In this document: positions 18,732-27,499 of the stretch, in pieces
Numbering within the stretch: position 1 is the first letter of the stretch
Layout of the letters: the number at the start of each line of letters is the position of its first letter
Virus record (IMG/VR): IMGVR_UViG_3300045988_182204
Strand: one strand, 5' to 3'
Length of the DNA: 52,672 bases
Source: a virus
Position numbers and translations under genes: made by a program
Notes under the pieces: generated by a model
Told to the model about the DNA's origin: nothing
The model's input: only the letters and a program-made list of their open reading frames with translations
The model's database searches: none

Positions 18732-19745
18732 ATGTCCGAAAAAAGTGCATTTTTCAATGCCCAGTTAGATGCCAGTACTGGGGAATACGACCGAACATAT
18801 CTTGCAGAAGATTTTGCAGCATATTTCAGCAGATTCATTTCTAATGGTGTATTTCCAAACCCAAGCACAGGTCTACAGGTCGTTGCTGCTTCTGTACCTG
18901 ATATGACAGTGACCATGAACATTGGCTATGCATACATCAATGGCTATACCTATGAAAACACAGAAAATTATATGTTTAATATTGATGTTGCTGACGGTGT
19001 TCTCAGCCGATTGGATGCCATTTTCATTCGGTATGATCTGGCAAAGCGCGAAATTAAAGCATACAAAGCAAAAGGAACACCAAGTGCTGCTCCAGTAGCT
19101 CCTACGCCTTTACGAACTGAAGACTACTGGGATCTCTGTGTTGCAATCATTCATGTTGACGGTGGCATCACAAAGATTGATCAATCCCTCATTGAGGATA
19201 CTCGTATGAATACACCTCTTTGTGGTATCGTACATGGGGTTGTTGAACAGATTGATACAACGACTCTGTATAAACAAGTTCAGCAAGATTTGACAAATTT
19301 CCAGACTGTGAGCCAGACAGAGTTCAATGCTTGGTTCGAATCTATCAAAGACAAACTATCTGGAGATACTGCTGCAAATCTGCAAAATCAGATTGATGCA
19401 CTTGACCCACAAGCAAAACGAACCGATGTTTTTGCTTCTATGACACATCAGTATTCTGCAACATTGCGGCTGGACAGCTGGGTCCGAACCGCTTATGCGT
19501 TCACACAAACAGTAACACTCAGCACCACTACAAATGGTCCAGATGTTACAGCAACAAGTAAAATCATGACTGGACCGATGTGTAAATCTTCTGGTGTTGC
19601 AGCAACAGATGAGATCCTGAGAGAAAACCTTAACCTCATAAATGAGGGATATGGCATACTCGGAAACAATAGCATCACAGTGACCGTTACAGAGAAGCCA
19701 ACCGCAGATATTCCAGTCTATTGGAATATCAAGAAGACAGTTTAA
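18732..19745 (+). CDS. Baseplate / receptor-binding-like structural protein (337 aa)
   Basis: N-terminal SAFFNAQLD..GEYDRTYLAEDFAAYFSRFISNGVF motif, recalled from BppU-like proteins of Firmicute siphophages. Confidence 0.5.
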   Translation: MSEKSAFFNAQLDASTGEYDRTYLAEDFAAYFSRFISNGVFPNPSTGLQVVAASVPDMTVTMNIGYAYINGYTYENTENYMFNIDVADGVLSRLDAIFIRYDLAKREIKAYKAKGTPSAAPVAPTPLRTEDYWDLCVAIIHVDGGITKIDQSLIEDTRMNTPLCGIVHGVVEQIDTTTLYKQVQQDLTNFQTVSQTEFNAWFESIKDKLSGDTAANLQNQIDALDPQAKRTDVFASMTHQYSATLRLDSWVRTAYAFTQTVTLSTTTNGPDVTATSKIMTGPMCKSSGVAATDEILRENLNLINEGYGILGNNSITVTVTEKPTADIPVYWNIKKTV

Positions 19746-19760
19746 TTGGGAGGTATTTAT

Positions 19761-20024
19761 ATGAGATTCAAGCTCAATATTCCAGTTCGATTCCGCAATC
19801 CTTGGTTTTGGGTCAGCCTTGTTGGTGTGATTCTCACAGCAATGGGCATCTCTCCTGAGATGCTCACAAGCTGGGATGCCGTTGGCCAGGCATTCAAAGA
19901 CCTGATCTCTAATCCATTTATGTTGGCCACTGTTGCAGTTTCTATCCTGGGTGTCTTCATGGATCCAACAACAAAGAGCATTGGTGATTCTGATCGTGCC
20001 CTGAGCTATAATTATCCAGAATAA
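19761..20024 (+). CDS. Holin (phi LC3 / Phage_holin_1-like)
   Basis: MRFKLNIPVRFRNPWFWVSLVGVILTAMG...GVFMDPTTKSIGDSDRALSYNYP matches this holin family closely; ATG 19761 follows GGGAGG. Confidence 0.8.
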   Translation: MRFKLNIPVRFRNPWFWVSLVGVILTAMGISPEMLTSWDAVGQAFKDLISNPFMLATVAVSILGVFMDPTTKSIGDSDRALSYNYPE

Positions 20025-20027
20025 CTC

Positions 20028-20056
20028 TTTACAACTATACAATACGAGAGTACAAT
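20028..20056 (+). promoter_or_regulatory. Promoter (CTCTTTACA-17-TACAAT)
   Basis: TAACTCTTTACA...GAGAGTACAAT, directly after the holin stop. Confidence 0.65.
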
Positions 20057-20079
20057 ATAGTTGGAAAGGAGGATGGCCA

Positions 20080-20385
20080 ATGGATTGTAGCAATTGTCCA
20101 ATGGAGCAGCGAATTGCAAGGCTTGAACAAGAGTTTGCTACTGAAAAAGAACATTCAAGCAAAGCCAGACAAGCTATTTATGATAAACTTGAAAGTCATA
20201 AAACACAATTGGCTGTTACAGATGAGCGATACAAACAGATCCTAAATACCCTTAACGAGCTCAAATCTACAGTTGATGAGCTTGCTGACAATCCAGCAAA
20301 ACACTGGGACACACTCATTACAACTGGTATAGCTGCTATGTGCAGTGGAATTGTTGGGTATGTTCTGGCAGCAATGATAAAGTGA
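20080..20385 (+). CDS. xhlA: XhlA-like membrane protein (lysis-associated)
   Basis: Coiled-coil N-terminus (RIARLEQEF...) plus one C-terminal TM helix (LITTGIAAMCSGIVGYVLAAMI); downstream of promoter 20028-20056. Confidence 0.6.
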   Translation: MDCSNCPMEQRIARLEQEFATEKEHSSKARQAIYDKLESHKTQLAVTDERYKQILNTLNELKSTVDELADNPAKHWDTLITTGIAAMCSGIVGYVLAAMIK

Positions 20386-20397
20386 GGAGGCTTTTTC

Positions 20398-20760
20398 TTG
20401 GATCCGAAAATCACAGAGGAAATCAAGAAGCAAGAGGATGCATTGGACCAGAGCATTGCTCTCAATAAAATCACAGTGATGCTTCTTGATGAACGCAAAA
20501 AGGAACTCAAAAAAGTTTGGGTGTTCTTCTTTGCAGTTTGTGTAGCTTTTGTTGCACTTTTCAGTGTCTTTGCATACACAACCCATAAAGAAAAACAAGA
20601 GTTGATGGCTCAGCTCAACGACACCCGTGTAGATTTCATGGAGTACTTGGACAGCATCGAGTACACAGTTACAGATGACTATTCTACAGACAGTCATACA
20701 GAGACTACACAAACTGTAGAGGGTGACAGCGCAACCATTAACAATGTCGATGGCGATTAG
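20398..20760 (+). CDS. Membrane protein (120 aa, TTG start)
   Basis: TTG follows GAGGAGG; one TM helix (VWVFFFAVCVAFVALFSVFAY). Confidence 0.55.
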   Translation: MDPKITEEIKKQEDALDQSIALNKITVMLLDERKKELKKVWVFFFAVCVAFVALFSVFAYTTHKEKQELMAQLNDTRVDFMEYLDSIEYTVTDDYSTDSHTETTQTVEGDSATINNVDGD

Positions 20761-20957
20761 TACAATGATAATGCTGTTCACAACAATGGAGGTGAATAAT
20801 CTTGGCAAGATCACGAGCAACTCAAACAATTCGTACAAGTACTCGAACAAAGGGTACAAGAACTGTTCGAGTCACTTCAGGAAAACCAAGATCCGGCACC
20901 CAAAGTCGTTGCCCAACATGTGGCAAATACATGCGAAGAAAATAGGGGTGACCACCT

Positions 20958-21188
20958 GTGACGGAGCACATACAGACTCGTGCAAAGCTGCAAGAAATTC
21001 CTCGGGTCAGTACATTTAATGAGCTACTCGATGACTGTATGATCTCTCCTGAAGAGAAAACTCTCATGCAGATGCACTATCTACAGAACAAAGACTTCAG
21101 ATACATTGGTGACATGCTTGGATATTCTGAAGTTACAATGAAGCGTTGGCATCACAGAATTCTCAAGAAGATCAATAAACTCCTATAG
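20958..21188 (+). CDS. Sigma-70 region-4-like HTH transcriptional regulator (76 aa, GTG start)
   Basis: ISPEEKTLMQMHYLQNKDFRYIGDMLGYSEVTMKRWHHRILKKI is a region-4 type HTH (ArpU/RinA-like late regulators). A terminator follows. Confidence 0.6.
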   Translation: MTEHIQTRAKLQEIPRVSTFNELLDDCMISPEEKTLMQMHYLQNKDFRYIGDMLGYSEVTMKRWHHRILKKINKLL

Positions 21189-21207
21189 AAATCAGATACT
21201 TTCACGA

Positions 21208-21240
21208 CCGTTCACGGATACTCCGTGGACGGTTTTTTGT
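21208..21240 (+). terminator. Rho-independent terminator
   Basis: ACCGTTCACGG-ATACT-CCGTGGACGGT followed by TTTTTT. Confidence 0.75.
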
Positions 21241-21272
21241 TTTATAATAAAATCAAAGGAAAGGGATCGGCT

Positions 21273-21440
21273 ATGCTATTTGATCGGAAAGACCTGATTC
21301 AGGAGCTAATGTGGGAGTACAACTATGATTATGCCGAGGCAGAGGCCATAGTTGATAGCTACCTTAACAAAGGACAGTATTATACTCTTATTGAAAAGCT
21401 CACAAAGAATCTTGAGAAAATAACAGAATACAAGGAGTGA
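21273..21440 (+). CDS. Hypothetical protein (55 aa)
   Basis: ATG at 21273 follows AAGGAAAGGGA; internal start within track ORF 21225..21440. Confidence 0.45.
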   Translation: MLFDRKDLIQELMWEYNYDYAEAEAIVDSYLNKGQYYTLIEKLTKNLEKITEYKE

Positions 21441-21445
21441 TTCAC

Positions 21446-21997
21446 ATGTTCAGTCCACAGTACTATGCGAATCCAGCTGCCTATGCAAGCCCCATGGGCA
21501 ACCCAAGCACGATGCAGATGCAAAGACTGGCTCAGATGGAACAACAGTACCCACAGTTTGCTCAGCAGCCTATGGGTCAGAATTTTACCCAGCAGCAAGC
21601 TCCGATCTATATGAAATGTAGAGCTGTCACCTCTATAGACGAAGCAAAGGCTGCTATGATTGATCTGGATGGAAGTCTCCATGTCTTTACAGATATCCCA
21701 CACAGAAAAATCTATACCAAACAGATCAACCTCGACGGAACTGCTTCTCTGAACATATACTCTCTGGAGGAAACTCCTACTCCGGTTCAGTCAGGAGCCA
21801 CAGTCCCGAACTCTGCAAAAGAATCTTCTGTTCCAGAGTCTATTTTCACTCAGACGATAAACTCTCTACAGAGTAGGATAAGCGCTCTGGAGGACAAATT
21901 TGAGCAAAGAGGTGATATCAATGTTCAATCCAATGCAAATGTTCAACCCAGGAAACGGTCAAAATCCAATGATGCAAGCAATGCAAATGATGTGTAA
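21446..21997 (+). CDS. Gln/Met/Pro-rich N-terminal protein (183 aa)
   Basis: ATG 21446 follows AAGGAG; low-complexity Q/M/P N-terminus followed by a globular segment. Confidence 0.55.
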   Translation: MFSPQYYANPAAYASPMGNPSTMQMQRLAQMEQQYPQFAQQPMGQNFTQQQAPIYMKCRAVTSIDEAKAAMIDLDGSLHVFTDIPHRKIYTKQINLDGTASLNIYSLEETPTPVQSGATVPNSAKESSVPESIFTQTINSLQSRISALEDKFEQRGDINVQSNANVQPRKRSKSNDASNANDV

Positions 21998-22190
21998 CAT
22001 GCAGAATCCTCAACAGATGATGCAGGGTATGTTTCAAAACAACCCTCTCTTCCAGCGAGCACAGCAGATGGCACAGGGAAAGTCTGAACAGGAGCTTGAG
22101 CAAGTTGCTCGCAATCTCTGCCAGCAGCGCGGAGTTGATTTTGAGGCAATGAAACAACAGTTTCAGGGTATGATGAACAACACAAGGTAA
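21921..22190 (+). CDS. Met/Gln/Asn-rich small protein (89 aa)
   Basis: MFNPMQMFNPGNGQNPMMQAMQMMCNMQNPQQMMQGMF...; ATG follows AGAGGTGA; overlaps the 3' end of the previous ORF. Confidence 0.5.
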   Translation: MFNPMQMFNPGNGQNPMMQAMQMMCNMQNPQQMMQGMFQNNPLFQRAQQMAQGKSEQELEQVARNLCQQRGVDFEAMKQQFQGMMNNTR

Positions 22191-22241
22191 ACGCACAATC
22201 GGTGCTTTACAAATACACAATTCTATAAAGGAGGTATTCTC

Positions 22242-22892
22242 ATGGGTATGGAAGGTTCTGGCGGCATGAGTCCCGCCGACGTGGTCGCTCTTCAGGGTCG
22301 TAACAATGACGGCATGTTCAGTGGCAATGGCACTTGGATCTGGGTGTTCTTCCTGTTCTTCTTGCTGGCTTGGGGTGGCAATGGCTTCGGCTTCGGCGGT
22401 GGCAATGGCCTTACTCAGGCTGAGCTTCAGGCAGGCCTTTACAACCAGACCACAGATGCAATGCTGCGTGATCTGTCTACCGGTCAGTGCACTCTTCGTC
22501 AGGAAGTTGCACAGAGTCGTTATGACAATGCTCTGCAGATGCAGACACTGGGTTCTCAGATGCAGAATTGCTGCTGCGAAACAAATCGCAACATCGATGC
22601 TGTTCGTGCTGAGAACTACAAGAACACCTGTGAAATCACTACTGCAATCCATGCAGAAGGTGAAGCCACTCGTGCCCTGATCAACGCAAACACCATGCAG
22701 GATCTGCGTGACAAGCTTGCCGATCGGGATCGCGAGCTGCAGACCGCGAATTTCCATCTGTCTCAGCAGGCACAGAATGCAACTCTGATCGGCACTCTGC
22801 GTCCGTTCCCGCAGCCAGCATACATCACCTGCAGTCCCTACACTGCGATGAATGGTTATGGTGCTTGCAACGGCTGTGGTTGCAACTGCTGA
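22242..22892 (+). CDS. Gly-rich single-pass membrane protein with Cys-rich C-terminus (216 aa)
   Basis: TM WIWVFFLFFLLAW flanked by GGNGFGFGGGNG; internal CCC; C-terminal CNGCGCNC; SD AAGGAGG. Confidence 0.6.
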   Translation: MGMEGSGGMSPADVVALQGRNNDGMFSGNGTWIWVFFLFFLLAWGGNGFGFGGGNGLTQAELQAGLYNQTTDAMLRDLSTGQCTLRQEVAQSRYDNALQMQTLGSQMQNCCCETNRNIDAVRAENYKNTCEITTAIHAEGEATRALINANTMQDLRDKLADRDRELQTANFHLSQQAQNATLIGTLRPFPQPAYITCSPYTAMNGYGACNGCGCNC

Positions 22893-22941
22893 AACACATC
22901 AAGAATAGGACAGTTCGGCTCTGACCGTTCCCTATTGATTC

Positions 22942-22972
22942 GAGGGTGGGCGAGAGCTCACCCTCTTTGTTT
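22942..22972 (+). terminator. Rho-independent terminator
   Basis: GAGGGTG-loop-CACCCTC followed by TTTGTTT. Confidence 0.6.
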
Positions 22973-22989
22973 ATGGAAGGAGAATTATC

Positions 22990-23385
22990 ATGATTGATTC
23001 TGTAAATGTTGCTTCTCAAACAGTCAATGTCAACTCCCCAGTTCTTTTTGGGTCTACTCGAATCAAGACTGGCTGTGCAATTCGCCATGAAGAGGGTTCT
23101 GGTCGTTTTGTTCTGCTGAAGCCTGGTGTATATGAGATCAGCTTCAGCGCAAACATGACCTCTGCTGCTGCAGCCACAGCTACATTTAACATCACTCAGG
23201 ATGGTGAACAGATTGCTGGTGCAAAGATTGTCAGTACCATTGCTGCCGCTGGTGTGAACAATGTGTCCTGCACAACCCTTGCAAGAGTCTATTGCAGCGA
23301 TGTCAGCTCCATCTCTGTCACCAATATCGGTGCTACAGCAATCGATGTGTCTGATGCCAATATGACCATCACTCGTCTCTGCTGA
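22990..23385 (+). CDS. BclA-C-terminal / C1q-TNF-like beta-sandwich protein (131 aa)
   Basis: The pattern VLFGS....G.AI.....G.F.L.KPGVYEISFSAN...F.I.QDGE.IAG......VTNIG...I....ANMTITRL parallels the BclA C-terminal domain as I remember it. Confidence 0.5.
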   Translation: MIDSVNVASQTVNVNSPVLFGSTRIKTGCAIRHEEGSGRFVLLKPGVYEISFSANMTSAAAATATFNITQDGEQIAGAKIVSTIAAAGVNNVSCTTLARVYCSDVSSISVTNIGATAIDVSDANMTITRLC

Positions 23386-23564
23386 TGAATCCAGATCAAT
23401 ATGGGTCTTTTGACAGCATAGCACTGTTCAATACTATGCTTGGTCTAATCAACATGGAAAAGAACAGTGCTCAGCAAAAGCACCAAGAAGTTCTGGATGC
23501 AAAGCTCGATGAAATACTGTCTCGTTTGACTGAGATAGAAAGGAGATTAGATCATGGCATATGA
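23385..23564 (+). CDS. Hypothetical small protein (59 aa)
   Basis: ATG overlaps the upstream stop (TGATG); MNPDQYGSFDSIALFNTMLGLINMEKNSAQQKHQEVLDAKLDEILSRLTEIERRLDHGI. It is below the ORF-track cutoff. Confidence 0.45.
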   Translation: MNPDQYGSFDSIALFNTMLGLINMEKNSAQQKHQEVLDAKLDEILSRLTEIERRLDHGI

Positions 23565-24168
23565 TACAATGAAGACTTCTGAGTCTGAACGTGATTGGAA
23601 TATTTGCAAAGAAGCCTACGAAGAAATCAATGGTCGTCAGGTCACAGCACTTATGTTTCATGACCAGATGGCCGACTTCTTTGACTTCCTTGGGTTGATG
23701 GGGTTTAAGCGGATGCATGAATATCAGTATGTTGCAGAATCCGCAGAGCACAGAGCAACAAAAAGATATTTCCTCAATCATCACAATAGACTATTAAGCG
23801 AAGAGCACATTGAAGACCCAGAAGTAATTCCTGACAGCTGGTACAAATACACCCGATTTGATGTCAGCACACAAGTTCGTAAACAGGCTGTGGAGACTGC
23901 ATTTGACAAGTACAAGGAATGGGAGACACAGACAAAAGAGTGCTATGAAAAACATGCAAAAGCACTCATGGAAGCTGGCTATGTCGCAGACTTCATGCGT
24001 GTAGAAGAGCTGATCTGCGATGTTGATAAAGAACTCAAGCATCTCGAGCGCTTGACCATCACCCTGAAGTCTGTTGCATACGATGAAGTCTATATTGCAG
24101 AGCTTCAACATAGCATGCATGAGAAGTACAAAAAGAAAATAAAGAAAATTGGTGTCAGCATTTGCTGA
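23554..24168 (+). CDS. Hypothetical helical protein (204 aa)
   Basis: Long helical segments; FLGLMGFKRMHEYQYVAESAEHR and VDKELKHLE faintly recall ferritin-like helices but are not convincing. A terminator follows. Confidence 0.55.
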   Translation: MAYDTMKTSESERDWNICKEAYEEINGRQVTALMFHDQMADFFDFLGLMGFKRMHEYQYVAESAEHRATKRYFLNHHNRLLSEEHIEDPEVIPDSWYKYTRFDVSTQVRKQAVETAFDKYKEWETQTKECYEKHAKALMEAGYVADFMRVEELICDVDKELKHLERLTITLKSVAYDEVYIAELQHSMHEKYKKKIKKIGVSIC

Positions 24169-24177
24169 TACAACAAG

Positions 24178-24205
24178 TTCCCTCCCAATCGGGAGGGAAT
24201 TTTTA
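24178..24205 (+). terminator. Rho-independent terminator
   Basis: TTCCCTCCC-AATC-GGGAGGGAA followed by TTTTTA. Confidence 0.8.
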
Positions 24206-24238
24206 TTGCAAATTTTGAGAAAAAATTGCAAAAACCTC

Positions 24239-24267
24239 TTTACATTTATGCAATAGGAGAGTATGAT
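24239..24267 (+). promoter_or_regulatory. Promoter (CTCTTTACA-17-TATGAT)
   Basis: TTGCAAAAACCTCTTTACA...GGAGAGTATGATA, after terminator 24178-24205. Confidence 0.65.
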
Positions 24268-24308
24268 AATACTTGTAAGGAAGATGTGAATACATGGAGG
24301 ATACAAAT

Positions 24309-24929
24309 ATGACTCTCAATGAAAAGAAGCTCGCAAGCACAGAGAAGAAACTGAATAAACTCTATGAGAGACTCAATAAAAACAATGAGCTCTTGAAGAA
24401 GAAAATAGCAAAGTGCATAGCTCTTGATTGCAACTGGACTGATGAAGAGTGGCGTAACCACAGAGATGCCAATGATATGACTGATTCTCAATACATGGCT
24501 TATTTTTCAATGGGTGTTAAGCAAGATGAGATCACTGGCATACAGTATTCAATCAGTTGTCTTGAGAAGACACTTAAAAAGCAAGAGCAAAAAGTCAAAG
24601 AAGACAATGAAAAGAATGAAGCCTTTCAAGCAGAATACAATCATTTGAGCAGTATAGAAGTCAATCTGAATAGAGTGATGAAGGAAAATGAGTACAAAGA
24701 GTGGTTGGCTCAATTCAAACAGGATTGCTTGAAAGATGGTATCATTGTTGAAGATGCTTGCTCTTCCTTCATACATGGTACAACACCTTCTGGAAAATCT
24801 TTTATGATCAGCTCTAATGATGGTTATACAGAAAGAAGTTGGCATTGTTATAGTGTAAGAATCAATGGTAACACCATCTTCACTTCTGGTGAGTTCTGGA
24901 GAGCATACAACGCTGTAAAATTTAATTGA
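24309..24929 (+). CDS. Hypothetical coiled-coil protein (206 aa)
   Basis: ATG 24309 follows GGAGG (alternative start at 24294); has its own promoter at 24239-24267; last gene of the rightward arm. Confidence 0.6.
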   Translation: MTLNEKKLASTEKKLNKLYERLNKNNELLKKKIAKCIALDCNWTDEEWRNHRDANDMTDSQYMAYFSMGVKQDEITGIQYSISCLEKTLKKQEQKVKEDNEKNEAFQAEYNHLSSIEVNLNRVMKENEYKEWLAQFKQDCLKDGIIVEDACSSFIHGTTPSGKSFMISSNDGYTERSWHCYSVRINGNTIFTSGEFWRAYNAVKFN

Positions 24930-24942
24930 TGAGTGTAAAACA

Positions 24943-24975
24943 AAGGACGGGATCAATTCCCGTCCTTATTTTTTG
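24943..24975. terminator. Bidirectional terminator at the convergence point of the two arms
   Basis: AAGGACGGGA-TCAA-TTCCCGTCCTT is flanked by an A-run upstream and a T-run downstream. It overlaps the last codons of the SNF2 gene. Confidence 0.75.
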
Positions 24976-26389
24976 TTATGTACTCAATCACATCTTGCTT
25001 TGATTTTAATGCAGCCAAAATCTGCCGATCTTTGCTGGGCTTCTTTGGCATATCTGCAATGATGTGATAATATACAACAGGTCTTGTTTGTCCTGGGCGA
25101 TGAATACGCTTCTTGCTCTGTAGATACATAGCCAGACTTATGTTAAGGCTGTAGTATACACAGTATCTTGCACGAGTTAGATCAATACTCTCACTGCCAG
25201 ATCTGTACTGCACGGCAATGATCTCAGCATTTCCAGACTTCCATTTTGCCATTGTGTCCATGACACCAGAGACTTCAGTATATCTTCTATTGAGCTTTTT
25301 GCAGACAGCTTGGATCTCATCAAAGTCATGTCGAAAAGTGGCAAAGACAACGACAGGCTCGTCCTGTTTGAACCCTGAGAGAATATCCTCAAGAACCTCC
25401 GCTCTATCATGATCAATGACCTCGACAGCCTTGAATCCCTCTGGATCTTCTACAGGGATGAACCCTGAGCAGACTTGCTGAAGCCGAAGAGTCTTGCTGA
25501 TGACTGCCTTGATCTCTGTTGCGCCAGATTTGCCCAAGTACAGCCCATCGTCTTCGAGGTCATGATAGACTTTCTGTGCCGCACGAGACATGGTGAAGCT
25601 GCGAATTATATTCAACCTCTTTGGCAATTCTATAGAGGATTCAATTGTGAACGCACAAGAAAACATCTTTTCTTTCAGGTCATCCAGATTCTTGTAGGGT
25701 TGCTTCTTGTTAAGGCAAGTGTAACCAACTTTTGCAGTTCTAACGATGTCTACATTTTGATATTTCTCTTTGAAGTCTGAGAAGCTCGTCCCAAAGATTT
25801 CTGGGTCCAAGAATCTGTACTGAGCATATATGTCCATGGGATTCTCTGCCAAAGGAGTTCCTGTTACAAGAAACCTGTGAGGAACGATCTTAGACAATCT
25901 TCGCAAGCACATAGAGCATCTGCTCGATGGAGTTTTGATTCGGTGACTTTCATCACAAATCACAAACTCAAGACCAACACTTTTCCGGAACAGGGTCTTC
26001 TCAAATTCTGGTCGCCAGATACTTTCATAGTTCACAATGATTATCATGGGCTCATTCTGGATCACCCTGGATCCTCGTGGAGCGAGCGTATTCAACAGCT
26101 GAACCTTTCCCCGGGTAGACAGGAAACGCACGTTGTGGATGAAATTTGGGCATATGTCTGTGTGTATTTTGAACTGCTGTTCCCAGACTTCACAGGCTTT
26201 TGGTGGTGCCACAATAATTCCACGCTTCCACCCTTTGTTTACAATAAGATCCATCATCACTTTCGTTTTGCCTGTCCCTGGGTCTGTGTAAAGGGCACCA
26301 CAATCTCGACCCATGAGATAAGACAGAGCCTTGAGCTGATGTGCCCAAGGCTTGGTCTTAAAGATGAATCCTTTGTATTTCCTCAGCAT
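24953..26389 (-). CDS. SNF2-family DNA helicase
   Basis: Motif I DPGTGKT, motif II DESH, motif III TGTP, with a C-terminal helicase lobe; paired with an upstream VRR-NUC gene. Confidence 0.85.
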   Translation of the reverse strand: MLRKYKGFIFKTKPWAHQLKALSYLMGRDCGALYTDPGTGKTKVMMDLIVNKGWKRGIIVAPPKACEVWEQQFKIHTDICPNFIHNVRFLSTRGKVQLLNTLAPRGSRVIQNEPMIIIVNYESIWRPEFEKTLFRKSVGLEFVICDESHRIKTPSSRCSMCLRRLSKIVPHRFLVTGTPLAENPMDIYAQYRFLDPEIFGTSFSDFKEKYQNVDIVRTAKVGYTCLNKKQPYKNLDDLKEKMFSCAFTIESSIELPKRLNIIRSFTMSRAAQKVYHDLEDDGLYLGKSGATEIKAVISKTLRLQQVCSGFIPVEDPEGFKAVEVIDHDRAEVLEDILSGFKQDEPVVVFATFRHDFDEIQAVCKKLNRRYTEVSGVMDTMAKWKSGNAEIIAVQYRSGSESIDLTRARYCVYYSLNISLAMYLQSKKRIHRPGQTRPVVYYHIIADMPKKPSKDRQILAALKSKQDVIEYITKNKDGN

Positions 26390-26676
26390 TCCTGGAACCG
26401 ATTACGAAGTCGGCTCTCAATAGCATTCATCTTGGTGAGGATTGCTTCTCGTTGTTCAGGTGGCAGTGCCTTTCCCTCTTTACTGTTAAGGCGCTGACGC
26501 AACTTGCGAGATTCAATGTTGCTGTAGAATATTGGGTATTCTCGACGACAATATGGGCATTTCAACATGTGCTCGATTACACCGTCGCCCAGCTTTTTCT
26601 CCTGTGGCTTGGAGCAGACAAAAGATTTTCCACAACCTTTGTCACAGATCACCTTGACAGATTCTTGTCGTTTCAT
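26383..26676 (-). CDS. Zinc-ribbon protein (97 aa)
   Basis: CDKGCGKSFVC ... CPYC cysteine pairs. Confidence 0.55.
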   Translation of the reverse strand: MKRQESVKVICDKGCGKSFVCSKPQEKKLGDGVIEHMLKCPYCRREYPIFYSNIESRKLRQRLNSKEGKALPPEQREAILTKMNAIESRLRNRFQEC

Positions 26677-27074
26677 TCATATTCCTCCAGCATGGATTCA
26701 ATAGTTGTATTGTTTTTCGATGACGCGACAAAAGCAATCATCTTGTCACTGTATTCATGAAGAAAGTGAGGAAGAATTGAACCATCCCTCCGAAAGACAA
26801 TCTTAATGTCATCTATGGTATATGCAACCATTACAAGGGCACCAGCTTTTTGCCAGCGCAAAAGATCATACAGTTGCTTCTTGCTGGGTACATTCCCATG
26901 ATCAGGAACTTTCAGCTCAATGCGGAAAGACCTGCCATTGATACACCCATTGATGTCTGCTCTGCCAGACTGAGCACTATTCCCCGACACATTCTCAGCA
27001 ACACATCCATTGATGCTGTTAAGGTACACAAGAGCCTGTGACTGAAAAGATGATTCCTTTGGCATGTAGATCAA
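26673..27074 (-). CDS. VRR-NUC domain nuclease
   Basis: GRADINGCINGRSFRIELKVP...SKKQ (D...ExK...Q) matches the VRR-NUC pattern. Confidence 0.7.
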   Translation of the reverse strand: MIYMPKESSFQSQALVYLNSINGCVAENVSGNSAQSGRADINGCINGRSFRIELKVPDHGNVPSKKQLYDLLRWQKAGALVMVAYTIDDIKIVFRRDGSILPHFLHEYSDKMIAFVASSKNNTTIESMLEEYE

Positions 27075-27499
27075 ACTCCTTTCTTCAAGAACTCTCCATA
27101 GGATTTGTGAATGGCAATATTCAGATCCTTGTGATTGACATCAAGTCTATGACACCAATAGAGAAAGTCTTGTTCTACTGGAATTGCCTTGTCATCAATG
27201 TAAAGGTCAGCGAAAACTTTCCTTGTGTCATTGTTGTAGAGTGCAATCACCTCAGGAATATTTGTATTGATTGCATCAAATACAATTCCTTTCTGGTGAC
27301 AATAGGAGACAGCATCAATGAGATTTTTACCATCTCTGGATGTCCAAAGAATCACTCGTATGTCCTGTGCCTGAAGAGCTTTTACAAGACTGAACATTCC
27401 CATATTGGGCTCCCCAATCTCGGGGAATTTGTCTTCTACCAAAGTACCATCAAAGTCGATAGCAACAATCTTCGGCAGATCATTGTTTGTTTTGTTCAT
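27071..27499 (-). CDS. HAD-superfamily phosphatase (nucleotidase-like)
   Basis: Motif I VAIDFDGTL, then ILWTSR and YIDDKA; 142 aa. Confidence 0.65.
   Translation of the reverse strand: MNKTNNDLPKIVAIDFDGTLVEDKFPEIGEPNMGMFSLVKALQAQDIRVILWTSRDGKNLIDAVSYCHQKGIVFDAINTNIPEVIALYNNDTRKVFADLYIDDKAIPVEQDFLYWCHRLDVNHKDLNIAIHKSYGEFLKKGV

Noticed and set aside
23554-24168. Ferritin/Dps-like di-iron protein
   Set aside because: Only one clean ExxH (ELKH) is present, and the first candidate site reads E-S-A-E-H, which does not fit ExxH. The similarity is too weak to call without a profile or structure search.
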